Of a stretch of 64,000 nt of DNA, positions 13,501 through 26,758 are shown one piece after another. The DNA is from Selaginella moellendorffii. Taxonomy: Eukaryota; Plantae; Lycopodiophyta. Made by a program: the position numbers and the translations under genes. The stretch covers positions 4,752,691-4,816,690 of the forward strand of contig NW_003314261.1 in assembly GCF_000143415.4 (NCBI RefSeq). The letters run 5' to 3'. Position 1 is the first letter of the stretch. Every line of letters begins with the position of its first letter. Under the pieces are notes generated by a model that was given only the letters and a program-made list of their open reading frames with translations, did not search any database and had not been told where the DNA came from.

Positions 13501-15036
13501 TGAGACGTCAGCTCGACCCATGCTTCCAGCATGGGAGATCATGACCTCTGTGCCTTTCGTACTAGACGCGGTACTTACAGCCTGCGGCCATGGGAGACTG
13601 TCATCCAAAGATCTAACTACAGGTTCGTTTCGTTAAACTTGCTATGGTTTTAATTTTTCGTATTTCCAATCATGCAGGACTTCGGGACCTCGTAGATTTT
13701 CTTCCAGCTTCCATAGCTACCATTGTCAGCTACTTCACAGCAGAGGTGACTCGCGGTTTATGGAAATATGCTTCTATGAATGGAAATGATTGGCCTAGTC
13801 CAGCTGCCAACCTTCTCTCCGTCGAAGCTGAGATAAAAGAGATCCTTGCAGCTACTGGAGTGCAAGTGCCTAATCTTGTTACAGGTAAGAAAGCTTCTAA
13901 CAGTTTCATTGATGTATCTAACAACCTCTTCTCTTTTGTTTTTGCAAGGCTCGCTGGGTGGCAATGCTCCAGTGTCACTTCCGTTACCGCTCGCAGCATT
14001 TCTAAGCCTGACAATAACTTTCAGGCAGGATAAGTCCTCGGAACTAGTTCTCGGCGTCGCTGGGCCAGCTCTCGAGAGCACAGCAGGAGGCAGCCCGTGG
14101 CCGAGCATGCCAGTGGTAGCAGCACTCTGGGCTCAAAAGGTGAAACGGTGGCACAGCTTCATCGTCTTCGGTGCCTCTCGCACCGTGTTCAAGCAGGACA
14201 AGAACGCAGTGAAGCAGCTGCTCCGGAGCTGCTTCGCGGTGACAACCGGAACCACGGGAACCCTGATGTCCAAGCTCCAAGTTCACGGTGGCGTTGGAGC
14301 TCTCCTTGGACACGGTGGTATGCAAGGCGGCCAGTATCCACTGGCACCAGGAATCCTCTACCTGGGAATCTATCCGGCCCTTCACGAGATCATGTTCGTC
14401 ACGGACGAGATTCTGTTCCTGGTGGTGAAAGCCGCGCGGGACCTCACAGCAGCCAAAGGAACGACGTCAAAAATTTCGTGCGCGAGCGCCATGTCTCGGG
14501 TGTTCCAGGCATCGACTCTGGGAGCAAGCTTACTTCACATCTCGGGCGGCTCGACTCTTGTCCAGACACTCTACTCGGAGAGTCTACCTGCGTGGTTTCT
14601 AGCTGGTGGTAATCCGGAAGAAAGCTCCTCCTCCACCAGCAGCGGCAGCGGTGATGGAAGCCTGGTAGAAGGCTACGCAGTGGCACACTTTGCTCTGCTC
14701 TCCGGCGCTCTTGTCTGGGGGATCTCGTCCACTTCCACCAAGACCTCGCACAGGACTCGACGCCGCCGAGTTCTCGGCTCTCATATGGAGTTCCTGGCAT
14801 CGGCCTTGGATGGAAAGATTGCTCTCGGTTGCGGCCGCGCTACGTGGAAGGCCTACTTGACGGGATTCATAGCACTGCTCGTGAGCTCCACTCCAAACTG
14901 GATCCTCGACGTCAAGCTCGACGTTTTGAAGCGGCTGGCGAGGGGACTGAGGCTGTGGCACGAGCAGGAACTGGCGGTGGCTTTGCTCGAGCGAGGAGGC
15001 CCCGCAGCAATGGGACCAGCGGCGGAGCTGGCTTGA
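10588..15036 (+). CDS. MED33: Mediator subunit 33 (REF4/RFR1 type), multi-exon
   Basis: PLPWAVS, WLPFDIFMED, ASWHDVFLGLWIAGLR, EREHVEGPRPHVESRLCMLLSIVP, FSVAFLLLLRLWKFHRPP, MNGNDWPSPAANL, PWPSMPVVAALWAQKVKRW, LLERGGPAAMGPAAE. Confidence 0.95.
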
Positions 15037-15309
15037 GAGGAACAACAGTTAAATCGGTGAAATCTCATGCTACTATACCATGGATGGTCTGGCGTTCGAT
15101 ATCTATATATGTAAGTTAAATATAATTTGTATACTACCACATTTTCAGGATGCTTCGTAACCATGAGAAAAAAAAATCTGATGTATATATTAGCAATTAC
15201 CTTATTCATGTTCCACTTTAATGCAGCAATTCGTACGGAAGTATGAATTAAAATAATCGTTTTCACAAAATGCCAAGTAGCCCTAATTGTTTTATTATTT
15301 TCTCTAGCT

Positions 15310-16528
15310 ATGGCCGAAGCCATCGAGCACAGCGTGGTGGAGACGAATGGTATCTGCATCCATGTCGCGCAGCTAGGATCAGGTAGCTTCAATTTTCTTT
15401 GATCAACATTTATCGATTCGATCGTGCGACTGTGACAAAAATCAGGGCCAGCGGTGCTGCTGCTCCATGGCTTCCCCGAGATTTGGTACTCGTGGCGCTA
15501 CCAAATGCCCGCCTTGGCAGCCGCTGGCTACCGCGCCATCGCTCCCGACCTGCGTGGCTATGGCCAATCCGATGCGCCGCTTGGAATCCAACACTACACT
15601 GTGTTTGACGTCGTGGGCGACCTCGTTGGCCTCTTGGATTTCCTCCAGCAAGACCAGGTAGCGTGGAGAAGCAAGGTTTTGGTTTTCCTGTGGCATGTGT
15701 TGCAGCGAATTTTTTTTTTTCTGGTAGGCTGTTCTCGTCGGCCACGATTGGGGCGCGATCATCGCGTGGAACTTTTGCATGCTAAGGCCGGAGAGGGTCA
15801 AGGGGATCGTGGCTCTCAGCGTTCCTTTCTCGCCGAGAAATCCACACATAAGTCCCGTCCAGCGCTTTGAGAAGCTGATTGGAGAAGGATTCTACTACTG
15901 CCGCTTCCAGGTATCGCTCCCCCAGGTTTTCTTCTTCTCCGATCAAAACAGTGACAAGAATCCCAGGAACCTGGTAGGGCCGAGGCTGATTTTGCTCGTC
16001 ATGGAACCAAGGCAGTGCTCAAAACTTTGCTGGGATCATCCGGGAGAGGAATGATAGCTCCAAAAGACAAGGAACTCTTTGACATTTTCAGAGTCCCGGA
16101 TAAGCTACCACCGTGGTTAACCGAGGAAGACATCGAGTACTACGCTCTCCAGTTCGAGAAATCGGGATTCACACCACCACTAAATTACTACAGAGCCACG
16201 GACTTGTAAGTCACGAAGATCTCTTTCGCGTCGTGGAAAAAAAGAAGAGCTGGTGTTTACGTGCAGATCGTGGAGGCTTTCGTCTCCGTGGACAGGAGCT
16301 CGCATCCAAACTCCAGCGATTTTCATCACTGGAGACAAGGACGTGGTTTACGGCTTCCCTGGAACCAAAGAGTTCATTCACAGCGACAAGTTCCGCAAGT
16401 TCGTTCCAAATCTCCGGGGAGTTACTGTCGTTCCAGGCGCTGGCCATTTCATCCAGCAGCAAAAGCATGCCGAGGTGAACGAGCTTATCCTGCGCTTTCT
16501 CGCGTCAATCCTTCCGTCTAGACTATGA
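15310..16528 (+). CDS. Soluble epoxide hydrolase (alpha/beta hydrolase), multi-exon
   Basis: LLHGFPEIWYSWR, APDLRGYGQSD, nucleophile GHDWGA, lid tyrosines (FYYCRFQ, LNYYRA), GDKD acid and GAGHFIQQ histidine; catalytic set intact. Confidence 0.93.
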
Positions 16529-16708
16529 TCCAGGCGAGTACCACAAGAATAACGCTACAGAGTTAGTGAGTACTTACAGCATCATGTTCGTCCTATGAAG
16601 AACCCTAAAAAGATATGTTTTTCTATATTGAGGTGGTGATAGCCTTTTAATGTATAAAAAAGATCCTCATTTTTTTTTCCATAGGTTTTTTTTTTTTTCT
16701 TTCAGGCA

Positions 16709-17704
16709 ATGTGGATCCGAACGAGGACCAGGGCTGAAGCTGTGGAGATGGAGAGGGAAAAGAAACGACGCAAACTTGTGCATCAAGGTGACGTAGAAAC
16801 GAAGCCCAGCGCTTCAGAGCGACGCTACGAGTTGGGGTCTCTCCTGGGCTGTGGAAGAGGCGGTGTGGTTTTCAAGGCTACGAGGAGGAGCGATGGCCAA
16901 GAGTTCGCAATCAAGACCGTGAGTGGCGGCGGCTCCAAAGAGGCGCTTGTGATGCTCAAAGCCGGGGACAGGGTGAACGACGGTGTCATGAAGGTCCCCA
17001 AACTCTCATTGTAGAGGTAAGCTTTTACATTTTAATCATATTGAAGTTATTGTCTAAACCCAAGCTTCATTACGATGCAAAACGCGGCGAAGGTGGTAAC
17101 CCTAAGACCCACATCGTCATGGAACTGTGCGCCTGCAGCCTCGACCTGGGTGTGAAGTTCGCGGAGCCAACCACGGCGAGGATATTCTTTACGGTCGCCA
17201 AGGGCCTCCGGGAGATCCATAGAAACGGGGTCATCCACTGCGACATCAAGCCCGCCAACATTCTCCTCAGCCGGGAGCTCGACGCAAAGTTGGCGGACTT
17301 TGGCCTGGCTTGCGACGCTCACAAGCCGTGGGAGATGGATTTTGTTGGAACCCCCGCTCCCGAGGTTATGTTTGATGGGATCTACACGCCAGCAGCGGAT
17401 GTTTGGAGCTTGGGCATGACGCTGCGGTACGCCTTGCTCGGGAAGCTGCGCCATTTGAGCAGCGATGCCGATGCGACGCCGTTTGTGGATGATGAAAGAG
17501 ATGGTGGAGAAAAGGGAGACGTATTTCCTGGACTGCGATGAGATTGAGCTTGCGAATATGTCCATCGAAGTGATTGATCTTCTGCACAGGATGTTAGCGT
17601 TTGATCCGGAAGAGCGCATCACTTTGGATGAGGTTGTTTGCCATCCTTGGTTTCATATCCATGAGGAATGGAATCTGCACAAAACTCTATTGTCGAAAAA
17701 ATGA
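16709..17704 (+). pseudogene. Disrupted Ser/Thr protein kinase (CAMK/CDPK-like)
   Basis: LGCGRGGVVF, FAIK, HCDIKPANILL, DFG, DVWSLG and LLHRMLAFDPEERIT are present. There is a stop after subdomain II/III, a shortened activation segment (GTPAPE) and a frameshift near 17465. Confidence 0.75.
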
Positions 17705-18955
17705 GTGATGTTCTTTTATCCAAAAAACTATTTGAAATATAGTTTAATATTAAACAAAATGAGGTTAACAAAAGTTTGGTAGCTAGATCTTCCAACGCCA
17801 ACTTGGAGTGTCTCTTGAAGCATCGAAACATGAAATATATCTCTCGGATCGATCAGTATCGAAACTCCACTCCTCCCAAAAAAAAAATCTCGCTCCTTTT
17901 TTCTCCTCTCGAGTGCTCGGCAAACCAATCAAGAACACACGACACGAAACACACTGGATCTTTTACATTGTCTCGTTGCACGCGTAAGTTCCAGGACAAA
18001 TTTTTTGTCTTCGTTAAAGAGAGCAAGCGATCTGGAAAACACAGGGCAGGGTGTCTAAAGTGGAGAGTTAGGCACAATTGATTTTGTTCCAGTGGCACAA
18101 AATGGTCCATCTTTATAGAGAGTTTAAAAAAGAGACCTTATTATTTTGTTTGCCTAAATTGCCCGCAATGCTACGCAGGTTGGCAAGGTGAACCATTGAC
18201 CCTTCCAAATATTATCTATCAAATCTATCAAGGCTTGCAATTAGCTAGATCATCACAAGTCGAACGCTCCAACCGTGAAGATTAAGGGCACATACTGGCT
18301 TGCTCTACAATCATCCGTCACCACCCAGAAGGAGGCAGCAGTGCATTTTAAAGATCAAGAAGCAATCTAGTAACGGAAAACTCCCACTGGACGAGCGTCA
18401 ACAGCCCCTTGGTTGCCACAGCATACATCGGGATGGGGTTTGCAACCAATCTACGACTCCAAGATCAAGAAGATGCTGGACATGGTGGTGGGGTGGAACA
18501 CACACTGTCAAGCAACGTACCTCAAGCTGGAACCGGGCGCAGTAAGCACAAGCGAGGAGGTGAGGCGTTCAGTTTCAAGGAAAACAATTGGAAGTGTGCC
18601 CCAGCCCCGGATCCTGGGACACAGGTCTAGGCAAAAATCTGGAAGTTGAACTCGTGCAACTTGTGAGAGGAGGAAAGTGTTCTTTCTAGCCACACTCCAC
18701 TGTTCCTAGCAGAGAGAGAAGCTATGTTTGTAACACACTGGACAAAGTTTAGCAAAAGGAAGAATTAGTGATTGATTAAAATTGTTAGTTATTTATTAGA
18801 TTTGAGTTGAAATTATATCAATCATTGATAATTCTTATTATTTTTGTCTTGTTATATCTTACTTTAGATAGATACATTCATGAAAGATCAGTCAATGTGT
18901 TAAAGGTGGGCAGCTGTGTGAATAGAGTTCTTGGCTACAAACACACAGCCCATTA

Positions 18956-19018
18956 CATGCAAGTAATGGGAAATCCACCGCCAAAAGAAATGGTGGTGGA
19001 TTTCCCATTACTTGCATG
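18956..19018. repeat. Fold-back inverted repeat, 28-bp stem, 7-nt loop
   Basis: catgcaagtaatgggaaatccaccgcca-aaagaaa-tggtggtggatttcccattacttgcatg; one mismatch, which is a G:U pair in + strand RNA. Confidence 0.9.
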
Positions 19019-19171
19019 GCGACATCGTGAACATGTCTCCAACTTCTTTTTGACCCTGACTTTGGGTGAGGATCGCAAAGATAAAAGGATATGGTACTAT
19101 TGAAAAGTGAAATCAATTGTATAGTGTAAACTGATGCAAGCTAATCCACAAATGCTTCACTCACTCGATAG

Positions 19172-19910
19172 TGGTGTTGCTGCTCCATGGCTGGCCCGCT
19201 TTGGCTATGGCAACACTAACGGTGTTTGACGACCTCGTTGGCTTTCCTATGTCTTTTGGTTCCTCGATCAGGTTGTTCTTGTCGGCCACGATTGGGGAGC
19301 GATCATCGCGTGGACCCGTCCAGCGCCGGTTGGAAAAGAATTCTATCTCTCACATTTTCTTCTTCTCTTATCAAAACACAAAAAAAACTTTGCTGGGATC
19401 GTCCCGGAGAGGAATGATTGCTCCAAAAGACAGCGCTTTGACGGGAGAGGAACACATCACTTACTACGCTCTCCAGCACGAGAAATCGGGATTCACACCA
19501 CCACTAGATTACTACAGAGCCACAGACTAGTCACGATCCACTTTGAGATCACTTTCGCTGCCATGGGAAAAAAAAAAGAAGGAAAAAAAGCTGATGTTTA
19601 CGTGCAGATCGTGGAGGCCTTCATCTCCATGGACAGGAGCTCGCATCCAAACTCCAGCGACACAAGGACGTGGTTTACGGCTTCCCTGGAACCAAGGAGT
19701 TCATGCACAGCAACAATCTTCGCAAATTCGTTCCAAATCTCCGGTAAGTTACTGTCGTTCCAGGCGCTGGCCATTTCATCCAGCAAAGGTGAACGAGCTC
19801 ATCCTGCATCGATTCTTCCGTCTAGACTATGATCCCGGCGACTGGCACAAAGAGTAACGCGTGAATTATTCGATCAATCCTTGTATGTACATAGAGTTAG
19901 CGAGTACTTC
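19172..19910 (+). pseudogene. Deletion-riddled genomic duplicate of the epoxide hydrolase at 15310-16528
   Basis: Near-identical blocks (gaaatcgggattcacaccaccacta, ggacaggagctcgcatccaaactccagcga, cttccgtctagactatgatcc), retained intron sequence, many internal deletions and frameshifts. Confidence 0.92.
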
Positions 19911-19917
19911 TCTCGAC

Positions 19918-21383
19918 TTATCTTCCCAGTAGCCTCCGGCCTCTTTCGTTGGCACCCCTGACACGGCTGCCAAGCTCGCCAACATCGTCCTCGACGTGAC
20001 CGAGAGCATCGGTTTGGCTGCAAATCCAGTAGATAAAAGAGCATAAGTTCGGAAAGCATAGAAGCTAGTTTGCTACTCACCGTCCTATCTCCGATCCCAT
20101 GTCTATAGTCATCTCTTTGAGCTGGCCAAGAACGTTGCTCAAGTCTGACAGCGCTTCGTCCTGCTTCGCAAACTCATTCTACAAACGCAAACGGTGAGGT
20201 GAGCATCAAATCGACAAAGGACGAACAAACCGTGATGCGAGTCTGAGCTTGAGATCCCGACGAGTCGGCAACGGCTGCCGTGTGGCGAGTCTTGCCTTTG
20301 GAGTTACTCCGGTTCAATCCCAAAGCGGCTCTTTGCTCCATACCGTAGGCTTTTCTCTTGAACGAATCTCCTGTTGATTTTCCATCCGCGATTTTAGCAA
20401 ACGGTAGCAGCCATGAAATAAAGCTCTTACCTCGAGAAAGCATCGGTCCCGTTATGTTGCGAGCCTTCTTTGGCTTCCAGGTCTTCGAAAAGAGGCCTCC
20501 AAGACTGCCGAGGAGCTTCTCACCCTGGAATCCAAAGAAAATTTCAAGACTGATGGCTAAGAGAAATCAAGATAGAAGTCATACTGACCCGGCTAAGTGC
20601 GTGATCGATGTCTACAGCAGTTTCGTGAGTGCGAGTAATCTGGTGACCCTGCTCGTGAAGCATCACCGACGTATTCGTAGCGCTCTCCTTGATCTCCTCG
20701 GCAAGCTTGAGAGCTTTGTAAGTGGCAACCGTGGTCTCCTCGGCCTTTTGAACGGCGTAATCTTCCAGCTCCTGCACGCTCTCGCCCTCCAGAGAATCGC
20801 CAGCTTTGATGCCCCTCACGATCCGAGCCTGCGTGAATTTCCTCTGCTCGTTCTGGATGACAGCGCTGGTGGATCCATCCTCCTCAAACAAAAGCTGCCG
20901 GTTGTGGTTGTTGTTGCCTCCCATGAGATTCCTGGATCGCGGCTTCACCAAGTTACCCACGTCGTCGGACATGGTGGAGAGCTTCTCCTTGACTCTGTCC
21001 CTGCGCCTCTGCTTGGCCTCGTCACTGTGCTTGGTCGCCGCTCCATCGCTTCGGCCGTGCTCCTTGGGTGGCGATGGCGAAGCAGTAGAAGCAGCAGTAG
21101 CAGCCGGCCGGCGTGAATTCTCGTGCCTCTTGTTCCACATCCCTTCGTCGTCAAAAGGGTTGCTCTTTGGCTCTTCCTTAGACTTCCTTGGCTCTTCGTT
21201 GGACTTTTCACTAGATTTAAACGTAACCTTTCGGGGCCGCTGCTGCTGCTCAATCTCGTCGCCATCGAAAGGATTTCTATACGGCGCACTGGCAGGAGGC
21301 GGCGATGGCTCCTCCTCGGAATCGAATGGATTTCTCGCCGACAATGGCGCCATCCCGCCCCGACTTGCCCTCCTCTGCACCAT
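19918..21383 (-). CDS. SNAP25-type Qbc-SNARE (SNAP33-like), multi-exon
   Basis: N-terminal NPFD motifs x3; SVQELEDYAVQKAEETT...LHEQGHQITRTHETAVDIDHALSR; GEKLLGSLGGLFSKTWKPK; C-terminus RVRGANERGRRLLGR* with stop at 19918. Confidence 0.92.
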
Positions 21384-22657
21384 TCCCTTCCCACGCGCGA
21401 CGAAATTCGTTACCTGGCCGCCGTCGCCGCCGCGCGATGGAGAAGCTCGAGCGATGCCTTGCTAAGAAGGCGGAGAAGCGCGCGGAAACCCTACCACGGA
21501 CGCGCATTTGACGCATTCTCGCGACGAACAGAAGATTCGCTCCTCGATTCCATCGTAGACCTCGCCTAAACCCTAAATAAGCGCCGTACACATGCACCGT
21601 ACAAAGCCACGCATGTGGTGCTGGGTTCGATTCTAACGCGAGCGAGAACTAGCCGACAGGGACGGCGCCTTTGGGATGATTCGAACCTGGTGTCGCTCGC
21701 CGGCGCGTCCGTACGCCAAGTACTTCCCCTGCCGCCACTGGCCCACAAACTCTGGGACTGGTACACTTGTACGAACAAGCGAAAGTAGCGTCACATCGGA
21801 GGGCGAGGATGTGACGGGGGCAGTGGCGTGGCAGCACCTGTCAGCATCGCTACAGGTAGGCCATTTTCACCCCTGCCAACACAACTGTTACTGCAGTAAC
21901 CGGAGCGGTACATCGCAGCGCACAGCAGCACTGGCGTTTTATTTTTATTTTTTACTGGCCCGGCTGCCGCGTCAGCCCGACCAACCTGTGAGGACGGTAC
22001 CTGCTCCCCGGCCTTTATGTGCAAGGGCCCTTCCGACAAGCTCGTAGGTCCCACCTGGGCAACTGACGGAATGTTCGCGGGGCGGTGTGGGGACCCTCAC
22101 AGAATATGCGTTGCCCGTCGCCCCCTTCACCCTTCACCCGTGATGACAGGCATCATCGCACGCTCCATTCATCGCTTTCACTTATTTGTTTCTCTGTGCT
22201 GTGGTTTCTTTGTTGTTGGAGGGGCGGCTATGGCGATCCCCAGGGTTTGCAGGAGGTGAGCGTGAGAGGCTTGGTGGCGCGATTGGGAGGGGCGGAGCCA
22301 CGGCGCCGAGCTAGCGGGCGGAAATTTTGGATTGTTTGATCAGTCCGAGGCAAGTTCTTAGGTCGCTAGAATCGTTGCTGCTGGCGCTGCTCCTCGTCGC
22401 GGCATGGGATTTGGCTTAGATCGCCATGGTTCTAGCTAGACCAGGTCAAAATTTCTGGAAAGGGGAGCCGGGCTGCCTGCGTTGCTGCTAGGAAAATGTG
22501 GCACCAGTTCGATGAGATTTCTCGATTCGTCGGCTATGATTTGAGCGGTTTCTAGGAGGTAAGAGTAATTTCTAAAGATCTAGAGGCCTTTGTTCCTAGT
22601 CTTAGTCTCGTGCTCTTGAACCTTTTGACAGGACGAAGAGCGTAGAAGCCCTTTGAG

Positions 22658-25600
22658 ATGCACACTGCGACTGTGCAAGGAGGGGGAGCGCCATCAAAGT
22701 CCACTTCAAGCCCCTCGCAACCAAAGCTCGATGCTTCACAAAATGCCGGGGGCTCGCTCACACCCAACAAGAGCAAGAAGAGGGAGAGAATTGAGAGCTC
22801 CAATGAGGCAAACAAGCGAGAAAGGTCCGTAAATCTGGAGGATGGTGACTCCAAGAGCGATCAAACCGTAGAGGAGTTTGGTGGCATTGACAAGGATGGC
22901 CTTACAAGCGTTGCCAGTGTTGAAAAGCTCGTCACAGCCATGCAGCAGGACCGAAGTGACGGGTCGAAGAAACCGGCGTACTGCGCCAACAAAAGGACTG
23001 TCCTCTCAGCAGCCATTCTCGCGACTGAGAACCACGAGTACTTGGACCGATTTGTGCAGCTGGGAGGGGTGGCTTTGTTTCACGAGTGGCTCCAGGAAGC
23101 TTACAAGGGGAAGAGCGGTGACGGGGAAAGCCCGAGAGAGGCGATCAAGGGTGTTGAGGAGCTGCTGCTGACGATACTGTCGGCGCTGGAGAAGCTGCCC
23201 GTGGATTTGCAGGCTCTGAGGTGTCAGGTTGGCAAGTCCGTCAACAATCTCAAGAGCCACAAGAACCTGGAAATCAAGGAGAAAGCACGAAAGCTGGTGG
23301 AAACGTGGAAGAAGCGTGTTGGGGATGAGATGAACTCGTCAGGTGGTGCAAAGGCTGCAGGACACGGCAGCGCATGGTCCACAACTTTGAAAAATCCCAT
23401 GAATGTCAGCCCCTCGGACGTCGCCAGCCAAACAGCAGGTCAGAGTGTGAGCCTATGGTGCTGTTTCTGATGTGATTTTTGATGTTTCAAACAGGAGCGA
23501 ATGGTGCTTCCGTCACAAAGCTCAAATCGGAGAAAGGAACCAATCAGCCGCAGCACAGTAATGGTCAGCCATATAACAATGCCATTGCGGGCTCTATCAC
23601 TTGGAAGGACGACGCAAAATCATCTTCCGGTTCTAAATCCAACAGTTCCAACCATCGCCACAACAAAGGCTCCGCGGCGAAAGAAACTACTGTGGGTAAG
23701 CCGCTTACTTGGGCCAGGGAAAAAGGAGAACTTTCGGCTCCGGAGTCCATCACCAAAGTTTTGAGGCTACCGAGGTCATCTTCCCTAGGTGTTAACGAGG
23801 AAGTTTTTGGACCAGGAAGTCAGGGATCTTCGCCGAGCCTTCCTGACCAGACGGCGGTTTCGAGCATTGCGGAGGCACCGGATGTAAGGCAGAGACTTCA
23901 CGGGCCTAATGACGGGAAAGAGGACGTAGAAAACACTCAAGCAGCTGCTGAAAACAAGTCGGAGGTGTCTCGGACGTCCGATTCAAATGACAGGGCTGCC
24001 GTCTCCATGGCTATCATTCCGGTGTCAGCGATCAGCAGAATATCAGGGGATGCAGCTGTAGGGGCCTCCGGACGGAGTACTATAATGTCGGAGATAGGCA
24101 CGGTAGATCAGGAGGTGGCTGGATCTACTGCGGACCGCAGTAGTGTTGAGAACCACCATGTACCATCGGAATCGAAGGAGGAAGCAAGACGGAAAGATGC
24201 ACACGACGGTGTTGACGGAGCCAACTGCGCATCAAGTTCCTCTTTTACGGAAATGTCAGTCGACCTCAAGGGCCAAGGCGATGAGGCAAGGGATGCAATG
24301 AGCTCAGCTGTGGATGAAAGTCACGTTGGTGAAAATGCGAGGCCTAGGCAGGAGTTGGAGGGCCTGGGCGAAAGTCCTGAGCCGCGGTGTAATACCTCTC
24401 AAACGCTCAGGAGACCCGACGACCATACCAAGCCGGCAGATACTTACCTTCAAAGTGAAAAGAGGGATACTCCGAGTCCGAATGGTGCCGTTAGTGGGAG
24501 AGGAAGCTATGAAGGCGGTCCTGGACGAGGGCTGGAATCCTGGGCTGAGAAGAGGAACAGTTTCTTCCTTGGGAAGAACTCAAGCTCTGAAGAGTCGAGA
24601 AAGAATGCTGCTGAGCAGGGAAAAGGGACGTCGCAACAAGAAACTAAGATTGTGGAGTCGACGTCAGAGTTTGAAGATGATGCTCTTGAGGTGGCGCAGC
24701 AAATTGCTAAGGAGGTCGAGCAGGAAGTTGAGACATCTCATTTGTCTTCGGAGGATCGGGACGCCAAGCTTCATCTTCTCTCGACAGTGAAGGACCCCGA
24801 TTCGAGTCCGCGCCATCTTCTGGAAAGGTGCTCTCTTGCTTCAGTGTCGATGCAAGAAAATCAGGAGCCGGGGGATTCTAAGGCAGCTGATGGTAATGAG
24901 GATACTACAGTTTCAGACCAGGCAGCGGGAACAGAGGCTGCAGGAGGTCACGTAGAAAGTCCAGAACATTCTCCGGGAGCTTTGAATGGTTCTACTCAAG
25001 GTGGCAACGAGAAACCAGGCCCAACTTTGGACGCGTCAGACTTGAAGGCAGAGGAAGAAAAGCCAGCCGAAGCAGCAGGCTTGTCCAGACCCGACTTCGA
25101 TCTGAACGAAGGCCTCGGAGGTGACGAAGGTTTCAAGGATGTCTCCTGTGCTCCCGTCTTGAACTTGATCGCTTCTGCCGCGCTTCCGACGACTCCGATC
25201 CCAGTTCTCCCTACAACCAAAGGCGCGTACGTTCCTCCAGAGTCTCTGAGGAAGTCCAAGGCCGAGACCGGGTGGAAAGGCTCGGCAGCGACCAGCGCTT
25301 TCCGTCCCGCCGAGCCTAGGCGAGCGAACGAAGCAGTGCAGCAGCAGCATCAACAAGACGCCGGTGAAAGCAAGCAAACTCGTCAGCCTCTAGACATCGA
25401 CCTCAACATCGCTGACGAAAGCACAGGTTTCGAGAACTCGTTCGTGCCGAAGGCGTTTGCTGCCGTGAAAGCCAGCGCCTCGACCTCCGGGCGTGCCGAC
25501 TTCGACCTCAACTGCGCCGACGACTGCGAAGATGGGAGGGGAATGGGGCTGGATATGAAAGTTCATAGCTCCGGCCAATCCAGAACCGCAGCAGCAGGAG

Positions 25601-26466
25601 CGGCAGAAGCTAGCACCCGCGGCATGGCACGAGACTTCGACTTAAACGGTCCGGTTGACGATGAAGAGCCATCGACGCTAGTCCAGCACATGAGCTTGCG
25701 GAGCACGGAGAACTGCAACGCCAACAACAGCGCTGCTAGCTTGGGTCCAGCGGCGGCGGCGGTCCCTTCCGGCTTTCGGATGGGTGGCGACTTGGTTGGC
25801 GTAGCGCCGTGGTTCCCGCCAGGCAACTCCTTCTCGGCGGTGGCGATACCAGCGCTACCAATGGCCAGAGCCGCGGAGGCGAGCTACCAGGTTCCAACGC
25901 AGCCGTTTCTCAACGCTGGAGGTGGCGCGATACACTTCAACATGGATCTCTACAGGGGAGGCATGACGCTGGCCACTCCGGCGGTCGCCTATCCTGGGAG
26001 CGCTCCGGTGCCTTACCCGTATGCTGCCGCTGGCTTTCCATTCTCCAACTATTCCTTCAACGCTTCATCGTCCGCGTTCCCGGCTTCCTCGTTCGTGGAG
26101 GCTCCAGGCCCGGCTCCTCCACAGTACCAGGCGGCGGTGTCCTCGCAGATAGGTGGCGGTCCGGGTGCCATGAGTCGGTTCATAAGGCCGCATTTGATGG
26201 GGATCGCGGACGCTGGAAGAGCTGGAGATGGCGGCGGTGGTGTTGGCGTTGGCGTTGGCGGCGGAGGTGGCAGCGCGTGGACGAGGCCGAGCTTGGATCT
26301 AAACACCGGGCCGGAGGTGGTGGCGGATGATCTTAGACGGGGAGTGCCGCTGGAAGACCACTTGCGAGGATTCGGGCAAGTGGCGACGCAGGCCGGGAAG
26401 CGCAAGGAGCCGGAAAGTGGCTGCGACGCGTTCCAAGCTAACTACAAGCAGCCGGCGTGGTGTTGA
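22658..26466 (+). CDS. SUO-family TFIIS N-terminal domain protein with multiple EAR-like DLN motifs; no BAH domain visible
   Basis: RFVQLGGVALFHEWLQEAYKGK, LSALEKLPVDLQAL, VGKSVNNLKSHKNLEIKEKARKLVETWKKRV (TFIIS-N); DDALEVAQQIAKEVE; GWKGSAATSAFRPAEPRR; five D-L-N motifs; one short intron near 23439-23494. Confidence 0.88.
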
Positions 26467-26758
26467 TGGCTTCGCTGTTGGGATCATCGGTCCAGAGTTC
26501 TTGGAAGTTTACGACGGAGATCCTTTTGTGATCTTCCACGACGTTCGTTTTATTCGCGAAGAGCCGACGATCACCGATCGACGTTTAACGGTACAGTTCT
26601 ACACTGAGCAGCAGAGCAGTAGAAGAAGATTTGTTAAAATTGGAAGCGAGAATTCGAATGTTTTTCGTTTACCTCTCCTCTTGTACTAAAAAGCTCCCCC
26701 ACACTAACTGATGAGTTGAATAAGATTATTCCAAAAGTTCTACTATACAGGCATTCGT

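Noticed and set aside
18170-18700. Coding-like stretch, possibly a LINE remnant
   Set aside because: No unambiguous motif; cannot support a call.
21620-21690. Two tRNA B-box-like strings (GGTTCGATTC, reverse GGTTCGAATC)
   Set aside because: No T-stem pairing or cloverleaf could be built.
21887-21900. 14-bp perfect palindrome GTTACTGCAGTAAC in the SNAP33/SUO divergent region
   Set aside because: A few palindromes of this length are expected by chance in 64 kb.
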